Shown one piece after another: positions 41,218 to 55,500 of a stretch of DNA of 64,000 nt. Positions within the stretch are counted from its first letter, which is position 1. Each line of letters starts with the position of its first letter. The notes below the pieces were generated by a model. That model was not told the DNA's origin. It searched no databases and was given only the letters and a program-made list of their open reading frames with translations. A program made the translations under genes and the position numbers. Source of the stretch: Eledone cirrhosa (taxonomy: Eukaryota); assembly GCA_964016885.1 (NCBI GenBank), contig OZ024741.1, positions 15,624,001-15,688,000 of the forward strand, written 5' to 3'.

Positions 41218-41819
41218 ATGGTGGCTGCCAACTCGTTTTCGAGTACGGCCACTACTTTATATCCGTGTAGGAGAACCCCTACCGATGCGCTGAACGAGTG
41301 TGACTTTTTAGTCCAGCCAGCGACTTGAAAACTCTGGTACAAACACTACACTTGTGACAATTATTGACACATAGTGCTGGGCCCATGGTATCATGTGACG
41401 ACAAGTGCAGAGAGATCTCCAGATATAAAGCAATGTCTGTTCCGTGAAGCTTTTATAGTGAGCAAAGCCACTGCACAAAGCCAGTCCCACTCTCTTAACC
41501 AAGATGATATTTACCAAAAAGAAGAACAAGTCAACATCATTGGATACCATCAGGGTTGCAGGTGTTATATCAGAGTTTTCCTTCTCCTAGAATTCTGCCT
41601 TGACAAAGGCTAAGGGGTCACATCTCCCGGTGATTTTGGATGGCCATTGACTCTTAAGAGCTCCTTTGCCCTTTGACAGGTTTTGTTTTTAGTCCTGCAG
41701 GATGTCCAAAGCCACCCTCCTCACCAAGAAACCTTGGTGGGGTTGCCAGTTTAGTCGCCAACGACCCGACCATGAGACAGGTTGTACTGGGATACATGTT
41801 ACCAGTAGCACCAAGTGGT
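41218..41819 (-). mobile_element. Non-autonomous RTE-derived element, near-complete long form
   Basis: Family match; the last few bases are replaced by (GTAT)n. Confidence 0.85.
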
Positions 41820-41880
41820 ATGTATGTATGTATATATGTGTATATATGTATGTATGTATATGTGTATGTATGTATATATG

Positions 41881-43619
41881 TTTTCTCTTTCTCTTAATTT
41901 TGAGTATATTTTTTGACCGGCCACCTTCCTGGTGGCAAGGTTGTAAAAGAAAAGAAATTATCATCCCTTGAATCGCAAGAATGTTTTGCAAATTTTGAAG
42001 GTGCCAGCTATCGCAGCCATTTGTAGACTATGAATTAGGGAGCTGCGCTTTTTGTCCGCAAATCCAAGTTCAGTCATACTTTGGTCCAAGCGGGTTGGTA
42101 TATAACCCGTAGCACCAATAATGATGGGTATGAAGCTAAAGGTGGATCTTGGATACTGGATTTGTAAACTCCTCATCAATGGTCCGTAGATGTCCTCCTT
42201 CTCCTGTATTTTTCTGACAACGTTTACATCAAGTGGGCAGCTGATCTCCACAACAGAACACGTTTTCAATGTGTGGTCCCAAACTACAATATCAGGCCGG
42301 TTGTGCTTTAATTTGGTGGCAGTTTTTATTTTCAGGTTCCACCAGTATTCCTTAGTGCCATCTGTCTCAATATATTCTTCCTCGTTTGTTGTTGATTTTG
42401 TTTTCCGAAGTGCGTTCCAGATGGTTCTAGCTATCCCATCGTGTCTCATGGGGAGGTAGTAGCGAGATGACATTCTTTCGCAGCTGGCAACAATGTGGCT
42501 TACATCCTCGATCTTTGTTTTACATAGCCTACATTTATTGTCAGCTGCTGGCCCTCCTCTTTTGTGCAGCAGATATTTGGTAGGGAGTTCTTGTTCCTGT
42601 ATTGCATAGAGATATCCCTCAAGGTGAGATGTCATAAACTTGTCGGAACTCCATGCCAGGCTTTTTGAGTGGTTTATCCCCTCTATGGTCTGTGTTTTAC
42701 GCCTCAAGTATCCATGCACAACTTTTTCTGTAAATTGGTCAATTTTTTTTTCTTGTTTGAACATTGAATAGGATCTTCCGATTTCTCTGGGTGAGAGATT
42801 TATATCGGGCTTTATTCCATATCTCTCCTCCAGATCAGTCGCTATTCTAATGATATTTCTTTTTTCATGCTCATAAACCTGGGCAAGATGGTTGCCAACC
42901 TTTTTCCTCTGTTGAAGGTGTTGCTTCAGTGTCACTATCCGGGTCTCATATGTTGTTAATATTGATTTTAGACCCCGGCCACCTTCCTTGCGTGAGAAGT
43001 ATAGCCTATCCACATCACCATTGATGTTAAAGTTCCCAGTAACACTGAGAAGTTTTCGAGTTCTAACATCCATCTCACTTAGTTCTTGCAATGACCAGTT
43101 CAGTAGGCCAAATGTTGGCGTTAGAATTGGCACAGCATAAGTATTGTGGGCAATGTATTTGTTGTATGCTGACAGTTCTGATGACCATATTTTCTTTACT
43201 CTTCTGAGGTATTCAGTTCTGGTTCTCTCCTTATTTATGGGTCCATCATATCTGACATTCTCATCCTGTCCAAGATATCTGTAGTTGTCACCTGACTGCA
43301 GAGGTTGTATTGTCAGGCCGTTCATCTCTAGATTTCTAGAGGAGGGCACAGCTCTTCCACGTTTTACTGCCAAATATGCACACTTGGACTCACCAAATTT
43401 CATTTTGATGTCGGTTGAAAATTGTGTAATGAGGTCCAATTGTTTCTTGATGTCATTGATATTTGGCCCATACAACTTCAGGTCATCAACAAAGAAAAGA
43501 TGGGAGATACTTCTGGTCCCACTTCTTTGTCGACCTTGTTTCCTGAGTAGGTAAGATAGTGGATTCAGTGAGAGAACGAAGAGTAGCACTGACAAGCTAT
43601 CACCCTGAAAGATGCCCTG
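41881..43619 (-). mobile_element. Second R4/Dong-type RLE LINE family, 5'-truncated, frame intact to stop at 41961
   Basis: [42 protein letters not shown]...VEISCP; short 3' UTR then (CATA)n on the element strand. Confidence 0.92.
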
Positions 43620-43739
43620 TATGTATGTATATGTGTATGTATGTATGTATGTATGTATGTATGTATGTATGTATATATGTGTATATATGTATGTATGTAT
43701 ATGTGTATGTATGTATATATGTATGTATATGTATGTATG

Positions 43740-43796
<57 letters not shown>

Positions 43797-44090
43797 GTAA
43801 GTATGTATATATATATAGGTATGTATATATATGTAAGTATGTATATATATGTAAGTATGTATATATATGTAAGTATGTATATATATGTATGTATATACAT
43901 ATATACATACATATATATATACATACATATACATATACATACATATATATACATACATATACATATATATACATACATATACATATATATACATACATAC
44001 ATATATATACATACTTACATATATATACATACTTACATATATATACATACTTTCATATATATACATACCTACATATATATACATACTTAC

Positions 44091-44133
<43 letters not shown>

Positions 44134-44307
44134 CATACATACACATACATACATATACATACATATACATACATACATATATACATACATACACATATAC
44201 ATACATACATATACATACATACATACATACATACATACATACATACATACATACATACATACATACATACATACATACATACATACATACATACGTACAT
44301 ACATATA
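43620..44307. repeat. Complex microsatellite with inverted duplication
   Basis: (GTAT)-type left half and (ATAC)-type right half with mirrored variant order. Confidence 0.75.
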
Positions 44308-44611
44308 TAACATTAGTTTACATAAAACACACAATAACTTAAACTAGAATTTAAACATAAAAATCGTGAAACATAGTTTAGGCAATCCAATTTAAAACAG
44401 GTGGATTGTTGAGAAAATCCCCCTGGTTAACATAAAGACTACCCACAACTTTGGTTCTCTCTCTCACTCTCTCTCTCTCTCTCTCCCTCACTCTTTCTCT
44501 CACTTTCCTTTGCTCTCTCCATCTCTCTTTCCTCTCTCTCCCCCCTCTTGCTCTCTCTCCATTTCCTCTTCCACCCCTCTCTCCATCTCCTTCCCTCTCT
44601 ATCTATCTACC

Positions 44612-46410
44612 ATTGGCCGGTTTCGGACCCGTCTTCAGAGGTTGGATCGCTGCAATGCACACGAACATCTGCTCGTTGGTCAAGGTGAACGGCTACCTAT
44701 CGGAGCCGTTCGCAATCACGCGTTCCATCCGACAGGGATGCCCTCTCTCCTCCATTCTGTACGTATTGAGTCTAGATCCACTACTGCAGAAGCTGGAGCT
44801 GCTGCAGGGCATCCCGTTGGAACCGGGACTGCGGAAAGCGGCGTCGGCTTATGCCGACGACTTGATAGTAATGGTGTCGGAAAGCTCAGAAATCGGGGCA
44901 ATCGGCAACTTACTGCAACAGTACGAAAGGCTCACATGAGTAAAACTGAACCCGGACAAGTCTGTCGGTCTGCAACTCGGAACGTGGAGAGGCAAACCGT
45001 TGCCGTCGGACGCTGGACGGATGGACCGGTGAAATTGCTCGGGGTCTGGTTCGGTCCGGACCTCCAGGTAGAGAAAAACTGGAACGAGATCACGGCCAAG
45101 GTATTTGCGCTCACCCATAAGTGGGCAGAGTTCAAACTATCCTTGAAAGGTCGAGCGGAGGTGGCGAACACCTTCATAGCGTCCGTCATCTACTACCGCT
45201 TGACCGTCGTGCCTTGTCCCTGTGAACACCTCACCAAGATGGAACACAGGCTCTTCCATTTCCTTTGGAAGAAGCAGGCTCCACTGGTTAGGAGATCCGC
45301 TGGGAATGCCGTGACTGATGATGCGCAAACATGCGCTGAGGCTACGGCATCTACAGGTATTCCTCACCGACCAACCGGTGTGGGCACCGTTTGTGAGACA
45401 GGCCTTCCCGCAACTTGCCTCGCTGACGGAGCTGCAGTCGTGGGTCAAGCGGAGACCGAAGAAGAGGGGCACCTGGCACATTGAATGCGCTCAGGCGCTC
45501 ACAGTCCTCTGTCAAGCGGGCACGGCAATCAGTGGAGACTCCACTTCGACATTCTATAGAGGGTTAGTACGTCACAAGGGCGACGACGTGCTCGGAGAGA
45601 CTCTGGGCGTCGAAGACGACGAACTCACCAGTCTGTTTGGTAGGACTTTCCTCCCGGGGCCTATGGACAACTTCCTGTCAGTGCTACCGAGGAGCTCTAC
45701 CAGTTCGGGACAGTTCCACAGGCACAGACGCCCAGGTAGGGATCCTTCAAAGAGGACGTGTCCAAGATGCGAGCAGAACATTGGAACCGTCTTGCACGAA
45801 ATTGTACACTGCCCGGGCGTAACCGACCTGTGGAACTACGCAGGACAATTGCTGTCGCGTATGGGACAAATACAGTTGACTGCTGAGTCCATAGTAAGGA
45901 TCAAACCGCCAGCCTCTTTCAAAAACGAAAGGGGGGAGGTTTTCCTCTGTATAGTGGCTATGGTGAAAGAGGTTATATGGTGGACGAGATTAAGAGGACT
46001 GAGGACAGATGCCTTTTTCTTCGGACAACAATTGATTCTCTTCTTTAGATACCACTTTAGAAGGAGAATCAGAGTGGAGGGAGAGGCACTGAACACCAAT
46101 AAATTTACTGAAAGGTGGGTGAATGTGGCAAAAATGGCCCGAGTGATTGGGCCTTCTCTGTATATAAACCTGTAGGTTGAAGAAGAGAGCAAAAAAAAGA
46201 AATGAGCACTAGCACAACACGCTCCTGAATTTGAGGGTTGTTCTATCTAAGGGGTATTAAACAACCCATTTGTGGTGCCTCCCCCCTATTGGGGATTTCG
46301 ATTGTTAAATGTGTTAAATTTAAATATTTTTACACGATAGTATGTAAAATCCCCGGCATCTGTCTTTGTTTTGTCCCCTTGTTTGTGCACCTTTGTGACT
46401 AATAAAGAAA
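44612..46410 (+). mobile_element. Tx1/L1-clade LINE, 5'-truncated and frameshifted
   Basis: RSIRQGCPLS, AYADDL, KLLGVWFG, LSLKGRA.VAN, CPRC.....TVLH...HCP; ends aataaagaaa; (TC)-rich tracts on both sides. Confidence 0.9.
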
Positions 46411-46533
46411 TCTATCTCTATCTTCCCCTTTCCTCTCTCCCTCTCTCTCTCTATCTATCTATCTATCTCTATCTATCTCTATCTTCCCCGTTCCTCTCTC
46501 TATCTATATATATATGTCTATCTTCCCCTTTCC

Positions 46534-46594
<61 letters not shown>

Positions 46595-46920
46595 TGCCAG
46601 TTGTTTTCTGGTTTCGTTCCCTTGAAAAGTTTTAGTGTCCGAGCAGCCCAAATGAGATGGATTACAGAGAGTTTGTAGCATTATCTTAAAATCTTTATCC
46701 CTATCTTGTCTCGTGTTTAGTCAACGTAATCAGAACCTATCTCCCTGCCACTCCGTAAATATTTCTTTTAACCCCCTTTAATCCCAAACCGATTGAAACG
46801 GCCCCTTGGTATTTACCATACAAAACTATTTATCTTCAAATTTTATGCAGGACCATTTTTAATACCCCAAATACCAGCTGAATAATGATAAGTTTAATTA
46901 TAAGTGATAAGAAACTCACA

Positions 46921-47162
46921 GGAGAGCTGGACACCAGAAGGTCTTCAGGTAAAAAACCTCTCCGGAGAGCTGGACACCAGAAGGTCTTAAGGTAAAAAAA
47001 CCTCTCCGGAGAGCAGGACACCAGAAGGTCTTCAGGTAAAAAACCTCTCCGGAGAGCAGGACACCAGAAGGTCTTCAGGTAAAAAAACCTCTCCGGAGAG
47101 CTGGACACCAGAAGGTCTTCAGGTAAAAACCTCTCCGGAGAGCAGGACAGCAGAAGGTCTTG
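46921..47162. repeat. 42-44 bp tandem repeat, ~5.5 copies
   Basis: ggagagcaggacaccagaaggtcttcaggtaaaaaacctctcc; junctions form the palindrome ctctccggagag. Confidence 0.9.
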
Positions 47163-47420
47163 AGAGAAGAAACTCTCCTCAAGATAGTGCTCCGACTCTT
47201 AACTTCTTACACTCTAAAGGGGCCGGGCCGCATCCAGGTCATGAATCTTGGGTGCCCTTCTGCAGACATTTAGCCATTCTGAAATTGGGGTTCTTGCTGT
47301 GAATTTAAAACATATGAAGATTTTGTTGACAGGATCTAGTTGGAATTCCTCTCCGTTGCCTCTCGTTTTAAACATATATTTAATCATCTTCTTCAATTGG
47401 AAAATAACATTATTAATAAT

Positions 47421-48083
47421 AAGGGCGGAAGATTGGCAGTATCGGTAGGGGGTCGGACGCCATGTTAGGGTGGTAGATTGGCAGTATCGATAGAGGGTCG
47501 GACGCCATGTTAGGGTGGTGGATTGGCAGTATCGGTAGAGGGTCGGACGCCATGTTACGGTGGTAGATTGGCCGTATCGGTAGAGGGTCGGACGACATGT
47601 TACGGTGGTAGATTGGCAGTATCGGTAGAGGGTCGGACGCCATTTTAGGGTGGTAGATTGGTAGTATCGGTAGAGGGTCGGACGCCTATGTTAGGGTGGT
47701 AGATTGGTAGTATCGGTAGAGGGTCGGACGCCATTTTAGGGTGGAAGATTGGCAGTATCGGTAGAGGGTCGGACGCCATGTTAGGGTGGTAGATTGGTAG
47801 TATCGGTAGAGGGTCGGACGCCATGTTAGGGTGGTAGATTGGCAGTATCGGTGGAGGGTCTGACGCCATGTTAGGGTGGTGGATTGGCAGTATCGGTAGT
47901 GGGTCGGACGCCATGTTAGGGTGGAAGTTTGTCAGTATCGGTAGAGGGTCGGACGCCATGTTAGGGTGGTAGATTGGCAGTATCGGTAGAGGGTCGGACG
48001 CCATGTTAGGGTGGTAGATTGGCAGTATCGTTAGTCGGTCGGACGCCATGTTAGGGTGGTAGATTGGCAGTATCGGCAGTATC
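47421..48083 (+). repeat. 42 bp SINE-head minisatellite, ~15.5 copies
   Basis: Same unit as 8298-8790 but with the gacgccatg variant. Confidence 0.95.
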
Positions 48084-48104
48084 GTTTATTGTGCGACAAA
48101 CTAA

Positions 48105-48355
48105 TTTTGTCCTTGAGTAAGACACTTTATTTCCTTGACACGTTTTGTCCTTGAGCAAGACACTTTATTTCACGTTGATCCATTAGACATAGCTGACCAA
48201 AAAACCTGCCATATACTATGTCATACTGGTTGTTGTAACCCCAAGAGGTCCACGTGTCTGTGGAAGATCAACAACTTGCACGTTAGTTTCACGAGCAGGC
48301 AGTTCCGTTGTTCACCCAACTGGAACACTGGTCGTCTTAAGCGACGGAGGTCCAA
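48105..48355 (+). mobile_element. Decayed SINE body (family of 620-902) with duplicated CORE-like segment
   Basis: ttgtccttgagYaagacactttatttc occurs twice; shared 3' part. Confidence 0.6.
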
Positions 48356-48719
48356 TAACAGGTACAAAACTAATGACACGGAACTACAAATCCTCATTTT
48401 ATTCATATTTTGAAAGGACTCTGTATTTCAAGATTAAATAACTGATTTTATAAAATGTAAAAAAACAAATGTGTCTTCCATCCCACACCCCCACACCCCC
48501 ACACCCCCACACCCCCATCTTCACTACACCCCACCCACTCTCACCATCACTACACCCTCCCCCATCATCACTACACACACCCCCGTCACCGACTTTATTT
48601 ACTTTCTCTGTCATTCATCTCACCTCTCTCTCCGTTTCTTTACATCACACAAATAAACACATTCATATTCACACATACACACACACATTTATGTGTGTGT
48701 GTGTGATTATATATATATT

Positions 48720-48750
<31 letters not shown>

Positions 48751-49130
48751 TATAACATATGTATATATATATATATCACATATATATATATATATAACAT
48801 ATATATATATATAATATATATATATAATATATATATATAATATATATATATGTATATATATTATACTTAATATTATATATTATACATAATATATATATAT
48901 ATGCACCCATCCCTACATCATCTTCGGTACAGTAAAAGCGACAACAACAACAACCACAACAACAACAACCACAACAACAAACACAACAACAATCACAACA
49001 ACAACAACAACAACAACAATATAATCATCGATATTATTATCACAGATTAATAACAAATTATAACTATTTTTGTAGAACGTAAATTGTGAGTCATTGTAAT
49101 TAATATTGTGGTCGTTAGTTTAATGGAGGG

Positions 49131-49163
<33 letters not shown>

Positions 49164-49436
49164 TGTGTGATTATGTTAGTGAGTGTGTGTGTTAATTTGT
49201 GCGTTTGTGTTAGTGTGTGCATGTTAGTATGTGACTGTATGTTGGTGGGAGTGTGAATGTAAGTTTGTATCTATATGTTAGTGTGAATATGTTAGTTTGT
49301 ATGTATGTTAGTGTGTGTGTGTGTTTGAGTATTAGAGTGTTTACGTTTAGTGGTTAGTGTTAGTATGTATATGTGTAGTAGTTAGTATTAGTGTGTATAT
49401 GTGTGTATGTGAAGTAGTTAGTGTTAGTGTGTATTA

Positions 49437-52180
49437 TGTGAAGTAGTGTGTATATATGCTTATATGTGTGTATGTGAAGTAGTGTGTATATATGCTTATA
49501 TGTGTGTATGTGAAGTAGTGTGTATATATGCTTATATGTGTGTATGTGAAGTAGTGTGTATATATGCTTATATGTGTGTATGTGAGGTAGTGTGTATATA
49601 TGCTTATATGTGTGTATGTGATGTAGTGTGTATATATGCTTATATGTGTGTATGTGAGGTAGTGTGTATATATGCTTATATGTGTGTATGTGAAGTAGTG
49701 TGTATATATGCTTATATGTGTGTATGTGAAGTAGTGTGTATATATGCTTATATGTGTGTATGTGAGATAGTGTGTATATATGCTTATGTGTGTATGTGAA
49801 GTAGTGTGTATATATGCTTATATGTGTGTATGTGGAGTAGTGTGTATATATGCTTATATGTGTGTATGTGAAGTAGTGTGTATATATGCTTATATGTGTG
49901 TATGTGGAGTAGTGTGTATATATGCTTATATGTGTGTATGTGAAGTAGTGTGTATATACGCTTATATGTGTGTATGTGAGGTAGTGTGTGTATATGCTTA
50001 TATGTGTGTGTGTGAAGTAGTGTGTATATATGCTTATATGTGTGTATGTGAGGTAGTGTGTATATATGCTTATATGTGTGTATGTGAGGTAGTGTGTATA
50101 TATGCTTATATGTGTGTATGTGGAGTAGTGTGTATATATGCTTATATGTGTGTATGTGAAGTAGTGTGTATATACGCTTATATGTGTGTATGTGAGGTAG
50201 TGTGTGAGTATGCTTATATGTGTGTGTGTGAAGTAGTGTGTATATATGCTTATATGTGTGTATGTGAGGTAGTGTGTATATATGCTTATATGTGTGTATG
50301 TGAGGTAGTGTGTATATATGCTTATATGTGTGTATGTGAAGTAGTGTGTATATATGCTGATATGTGTGTATGTGAAGTAGTGTGTATATATGCTTATATG
50401 TGTGTATGTGAGGTAGTGTGTATATATGCTTATATGTGTGTATGTGAAGTAGTGTGTATATTTGCTTATATGTGTGTATGTGAAGTAGTGTGTATATATG
50501 CTTATATGTGTGTATGTGATGTAGTGTGTATATACGCTGATATGTGTGTATGTGAAGTAGTGTGTATATATGCTTATATGTGTGTATGTGAGGTAGTGTG
50601 TATATATGTATATATGTGTGTATGTGAAGTAGTGTGTATATATGCTTATATGTGTGTATGTGAGGTAGTGTGTATATATGCTTATATGTGTGTATGTGAA
50701 GTAGTGTGTATATACGCTTATATGTGTGTATGTGAGGTAGTGTGTATATATGCATATATGTGTGTATGTGGAGTAGTGTGTATATATGCTTATATGTGTG
50801 TATGTGAAGTAGTGTGTATATATGCTTATATGTGTGTATGTGGAGTAGTGTGTATATATGCTTATATGTGTGTATGTGGAGTAGTGTGTATATATGCTTA
50901 TATGTGTGTATGTGGAGTAGTGTGTATATATGCTTATATGTGTGTATGTGGAGTAGTGTGTATATATGCTTATATGTGTGTATGTGGAGTAGTGTGTATA
51001 TATGCTTATATGTGTGTATGTGGAGTAGTGTGTATATATGCTTATATGTGTGTATGTGGAGTAGTGTGTATATATGCTTATATGTGTGTATGTGAGGTAG
51101 TGTGTATATATGCTTATATGAGTGTATGTGGAGTAGTGTGTATATATGCTGATATGTGTGTATGTGAAGTAGTGTGTATATATGCTTATATGTGTGTATG
51201 TGAGGTAGTGTGTATATATGCTTATATGTGTGTATGTGGAGTAGTGTGTATATATGCTTATATGTGTGTATGTGGAGTAGTGTGTATATATGCTTATATG
51301 TGTGTATGTGGAGTAGTGTGTATATATGCTTATATGTGTGTATGTGAGGTAGTGTGTATATATGCTTATATGAGTGTATGTGAGGTAGTGTGTATATATG
51401 CTTATATGTGTGTATGTGGAGTAGTGTGTATATATGCTTATATGTGTGTATGTGAGGTAGTGTGTATATATGCTTATATGAGTGTATGTGAGGTAGTGTG
51501 TATATATGCTTATATGTGTGTATGTGGAGTAGTGTGTATATATGCTTATATGTGTGTATGTGGAGTAGTGTGTATATATGCTTATATGAGTGTATGTGGA
51601 GTAGTGTGTATATATGCTTATATGTGTGTATGTGAAGTAGTGTGTATATATGCTTATATGAGTGTATGTGGAGTAGTGTGTATATATGCTTATATGTGTG
51701 TATGTGGAGTAGTGTGTATATATGCTTATATGTGTGTATGTGGAGTAGTGTGTATATATGCTTATATGTGTGTATGTGAAGTAGTGTGTATATATGCTTA
51801 TATGAGTGTATGTGGAGTAGTGTGTATATATGCTTATATGTGTGTATGTGAGGTAGTGTGTATATATGCTTATATGAGTGTATGTGAGGTAGTGTGTATA
51901 TATGCTTATATGAGTGTATGTGATGTAGTGTGTATATACGCTGATACGTGTGTATGTGATGTAGTGTGTATATATGCTTATATGTGTGTATGTGAGGTAG
52001 TGTGTATATATGCTTATATGAGTGTATGTGAGGTAGTGTGTATATATGCTTATATGTGTGTATGTGAGGTAGTGTGTATATATGCTTATATGAGTGTATG
52101 TGGAGTAGTGTGTATATATGCTTATATGTGTGTATGTGGAGTAGTGTGTATATATGCTTATATGTGTGTATGTGGAGTAG
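49437..52180. repeat. 36 bp minisatellite, ~76 copies
   Basis: gtagtgtgtatatatgcttatatgtgtgtatgt(gaa/gag/gga/gat). Confidence 0.95.
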
Positions 52181-52311
52181 GAAATAAGGAGGCAGAATGA
52201 CAGCCAGTGGAATTATAGAAAGATTGCAGACAGTAATACATAAATAAACGGGGACTAAGTGAAAATAATTAGAGATTCGCATACATACATACATATATAC
52301 ATATATATATA

Positions 52312-52457
<146 letters not shown>

Positions 52458-52524
52458 CACATACACACATAGATACATACATATATATACACACATACAT
52501 ACATATATATACATACACATACAC

Positions 52525-52597
<73 letters not shown>

Positions 52598-53930
52598 CAT
52601 ACACATACACACATAGATACATACATATATATACACACATACATACATATATATACATACACATATACACATACATATATATATATATATACATACATAC
52701 ACACATACATACATACATATATATATACATACATACACACATACATACATACATATATATATACATACATACACATATACATATATATACATACGTACAC
52801 ACATACATATTTATATACATATATACACATACATACACATACATATATACATACATACATATATACACAAACATACACATAGATATATATATATACATAA
52901 TGTATACACATACATACATAAACATACATATATATATATATATATGTATATACATACATACACGTACACTAACATACATACACAGACATAGACACACACA
53001 TTCACACACACATACACACACATACATACATTCACCTACATACACATACACACACATACACATACATACACACACATACACACACACACATACACACACA
53101 TACATATATACACACATACATACACATAGACACACATACACATACATACATATACACACACATACACATAAACACATTGAAAATGATCGGAAACTTGAAG
53201 ACAAGAAAATATGAGGTAAATAATTTGCCTGATATTATATAACATTGTAGGAGAGGTCTGTGTGTGTGGGGGGGGGGGGCATAAACTGATCATCATCATC
53301 AATGTCATCATGTCATCACCATCATCATTCAACGTGCGTTTACCCTGTTAGCAAGAGCCGATTGGGCTACCAAAGACTACATTAGCATTTGGAGTGACTG
53401 GTCCTTCAGATAGGACGAGGGCTGCATCTCACTTACATCCATTTCCAGCACTTTACAGAGTGTACTGGGCGCACTTCATCAGCACTAAAGAGGTTGCCAT
53501 GTCTTTGACATTACCGAAGATTCGTCACAACCCTTTCATTGACAAGTTTTCAATGGTTGGACTCCCTTCCTACCTACCACTTTACAGGATGTAAGGTGTA
53601 GGTACTATCATAGCACCAACACTAGAGCGGTTGTTCTTCACACAACAGCAGAGCCCTATCATACCACTGACTTTGGCATAGTTTGTACAACTAGGGGTCC
53701 TTCCTATCTTCAACCACATTACAATGTGTATGATCATTTTAAAACAGGCAGTGTTGCTTCAGAGAACCAGGGGCGGTTTCAGAATGGTTGATATGATGTG
53801 GGGGAGGGGCATACATATGTGTGTGTAATAAAATAAAATAAAAATGAAGTGCAGCTACAAATGTTCAAGAATAGTCATTGAAAATGTCAGAGAAGGAGAA
53901 AAGAAAGAGCCTTAACAATTCGTTATGACA

Positions 53931-54190
53931 ATAAGATTATCTTGTGGAGCTAACCTGACTAATTATATTATCTTCTGGAGCTAACCTGACTAACCTCACT
54001 AATTAGATTATCTTCTGGGGCTAACCTCACTAATTAGATAATTAGATTATCTTCTGGAGCTAACCTCACTAATTAGACACTAAGACTATATTCTGGAGCT
54101 AACCTCACTAATTAGACACTAAGACTATCTTCTGGAACTAAGCTCACTAATCTGACGCTAAGATTATCTTCTGGAACTAACCTTACTAAT
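53931..54190. repeat. Degenerate ~39 bp tandem repeat
   Basis: taagattatcttctggagctaacctcactaattagacac variants. Confidence 0.85.
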
Positions 54191-54384
54191 ATTGAAGTAA
54201 AACTTAACTGTTGTTTGTGCTCGGATTGTTTCTTGGTTCAGTGTGTCGTTCCTTACAAGATATAAAGCTTTAAACATTCGTTTATTGAGCACACTCTGAA
54301 GCTCCTGTCTTGAAATGTATTTTTGCAAATAATATATAAATATTTCTAAACCAAGCTATGGCTATATATATTGAGCACTCTGCA

Positions 54385-55500
54385 TATTGAGCACTCTATG
54401 TATATAAAGCACACTGTGTATATAAAGCACATTGTGTATATAAAGCACTCTATGTATATAAAGCACTCTATGTATATAAAACACTCCATGTATATAAAGC
54501 ATACTATGTATATAAAGCATTCTATGTATATAAAGCACACTATGTATATAAAACACTCCATGTATATACAGCACTCTATGTATATAAAGCACACTATGTA
54601 TATAAAGCACTCTATGTATATACAGCACTCTATGTATATAAAACACTCTATGTATATAAAGCACTCTATGTATATAAAACACTCTATGTATATAAAGCAT
54701 TCTATGTATATAAAGCACACTATGTATATAAAGCACTCTATGTATATACAGCACTCTATGTATATAAAGCACACTATGTATATAAAGCACTCTATGTATA
54801 TAAAACACTCTATGTATATAAAACACTCCATGTATATAAAGCATACTATGTATATAAAACACTCTATGTATATAAAGCACACTATGTATATAAAACACTC
54901 TATGTATATAAAGCACACTATGTATATAAAACACTCTATGTATATAAAACACTCCATGTATATAAAGCATACTATGTATATAAAACACTCTATGTATATA
55001 AAGCACACTATGTATATAAAGCACTCTATGTATATAAAGCACACTATGTATATAAAGCACTCTATGTATATACAGCACTCTATGTATATAAAGCGCACTA
55101 TGTATATAAAGCACTCTATGTATATAAAACACTCTATGTATATAAAACACTCCATGTATATAAAGCATACTATGTATATAAAACACTCTATGTATATAAA
55201 GCACACTATGTATATAAAGCACTCTATGTATATACAGCACTCTATGTATATAAAGCGCACTATGTATATAAAGCACTCTATGTATATAAAACACTCTATG
55301 TATATAAAACACTCCATGTATATAAAGCATACTATGTATATAAAACACTCCATGTATATAAAGCATACTATGTATATAAAACACTCTATGTATATAAAGC
55401 ACACTATGTATATAAAACACTCTATGTATATAAAGCACTCTATGTATATAAAACACTCTATGTATATAAAGCACTCTATGTATATAAAACACTCTATATG
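54385..55500. repeat. 18 bp minisatellite, ~62 copies
   Basis: tatgtatataaagcactc variants. Confidence 0.95.
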
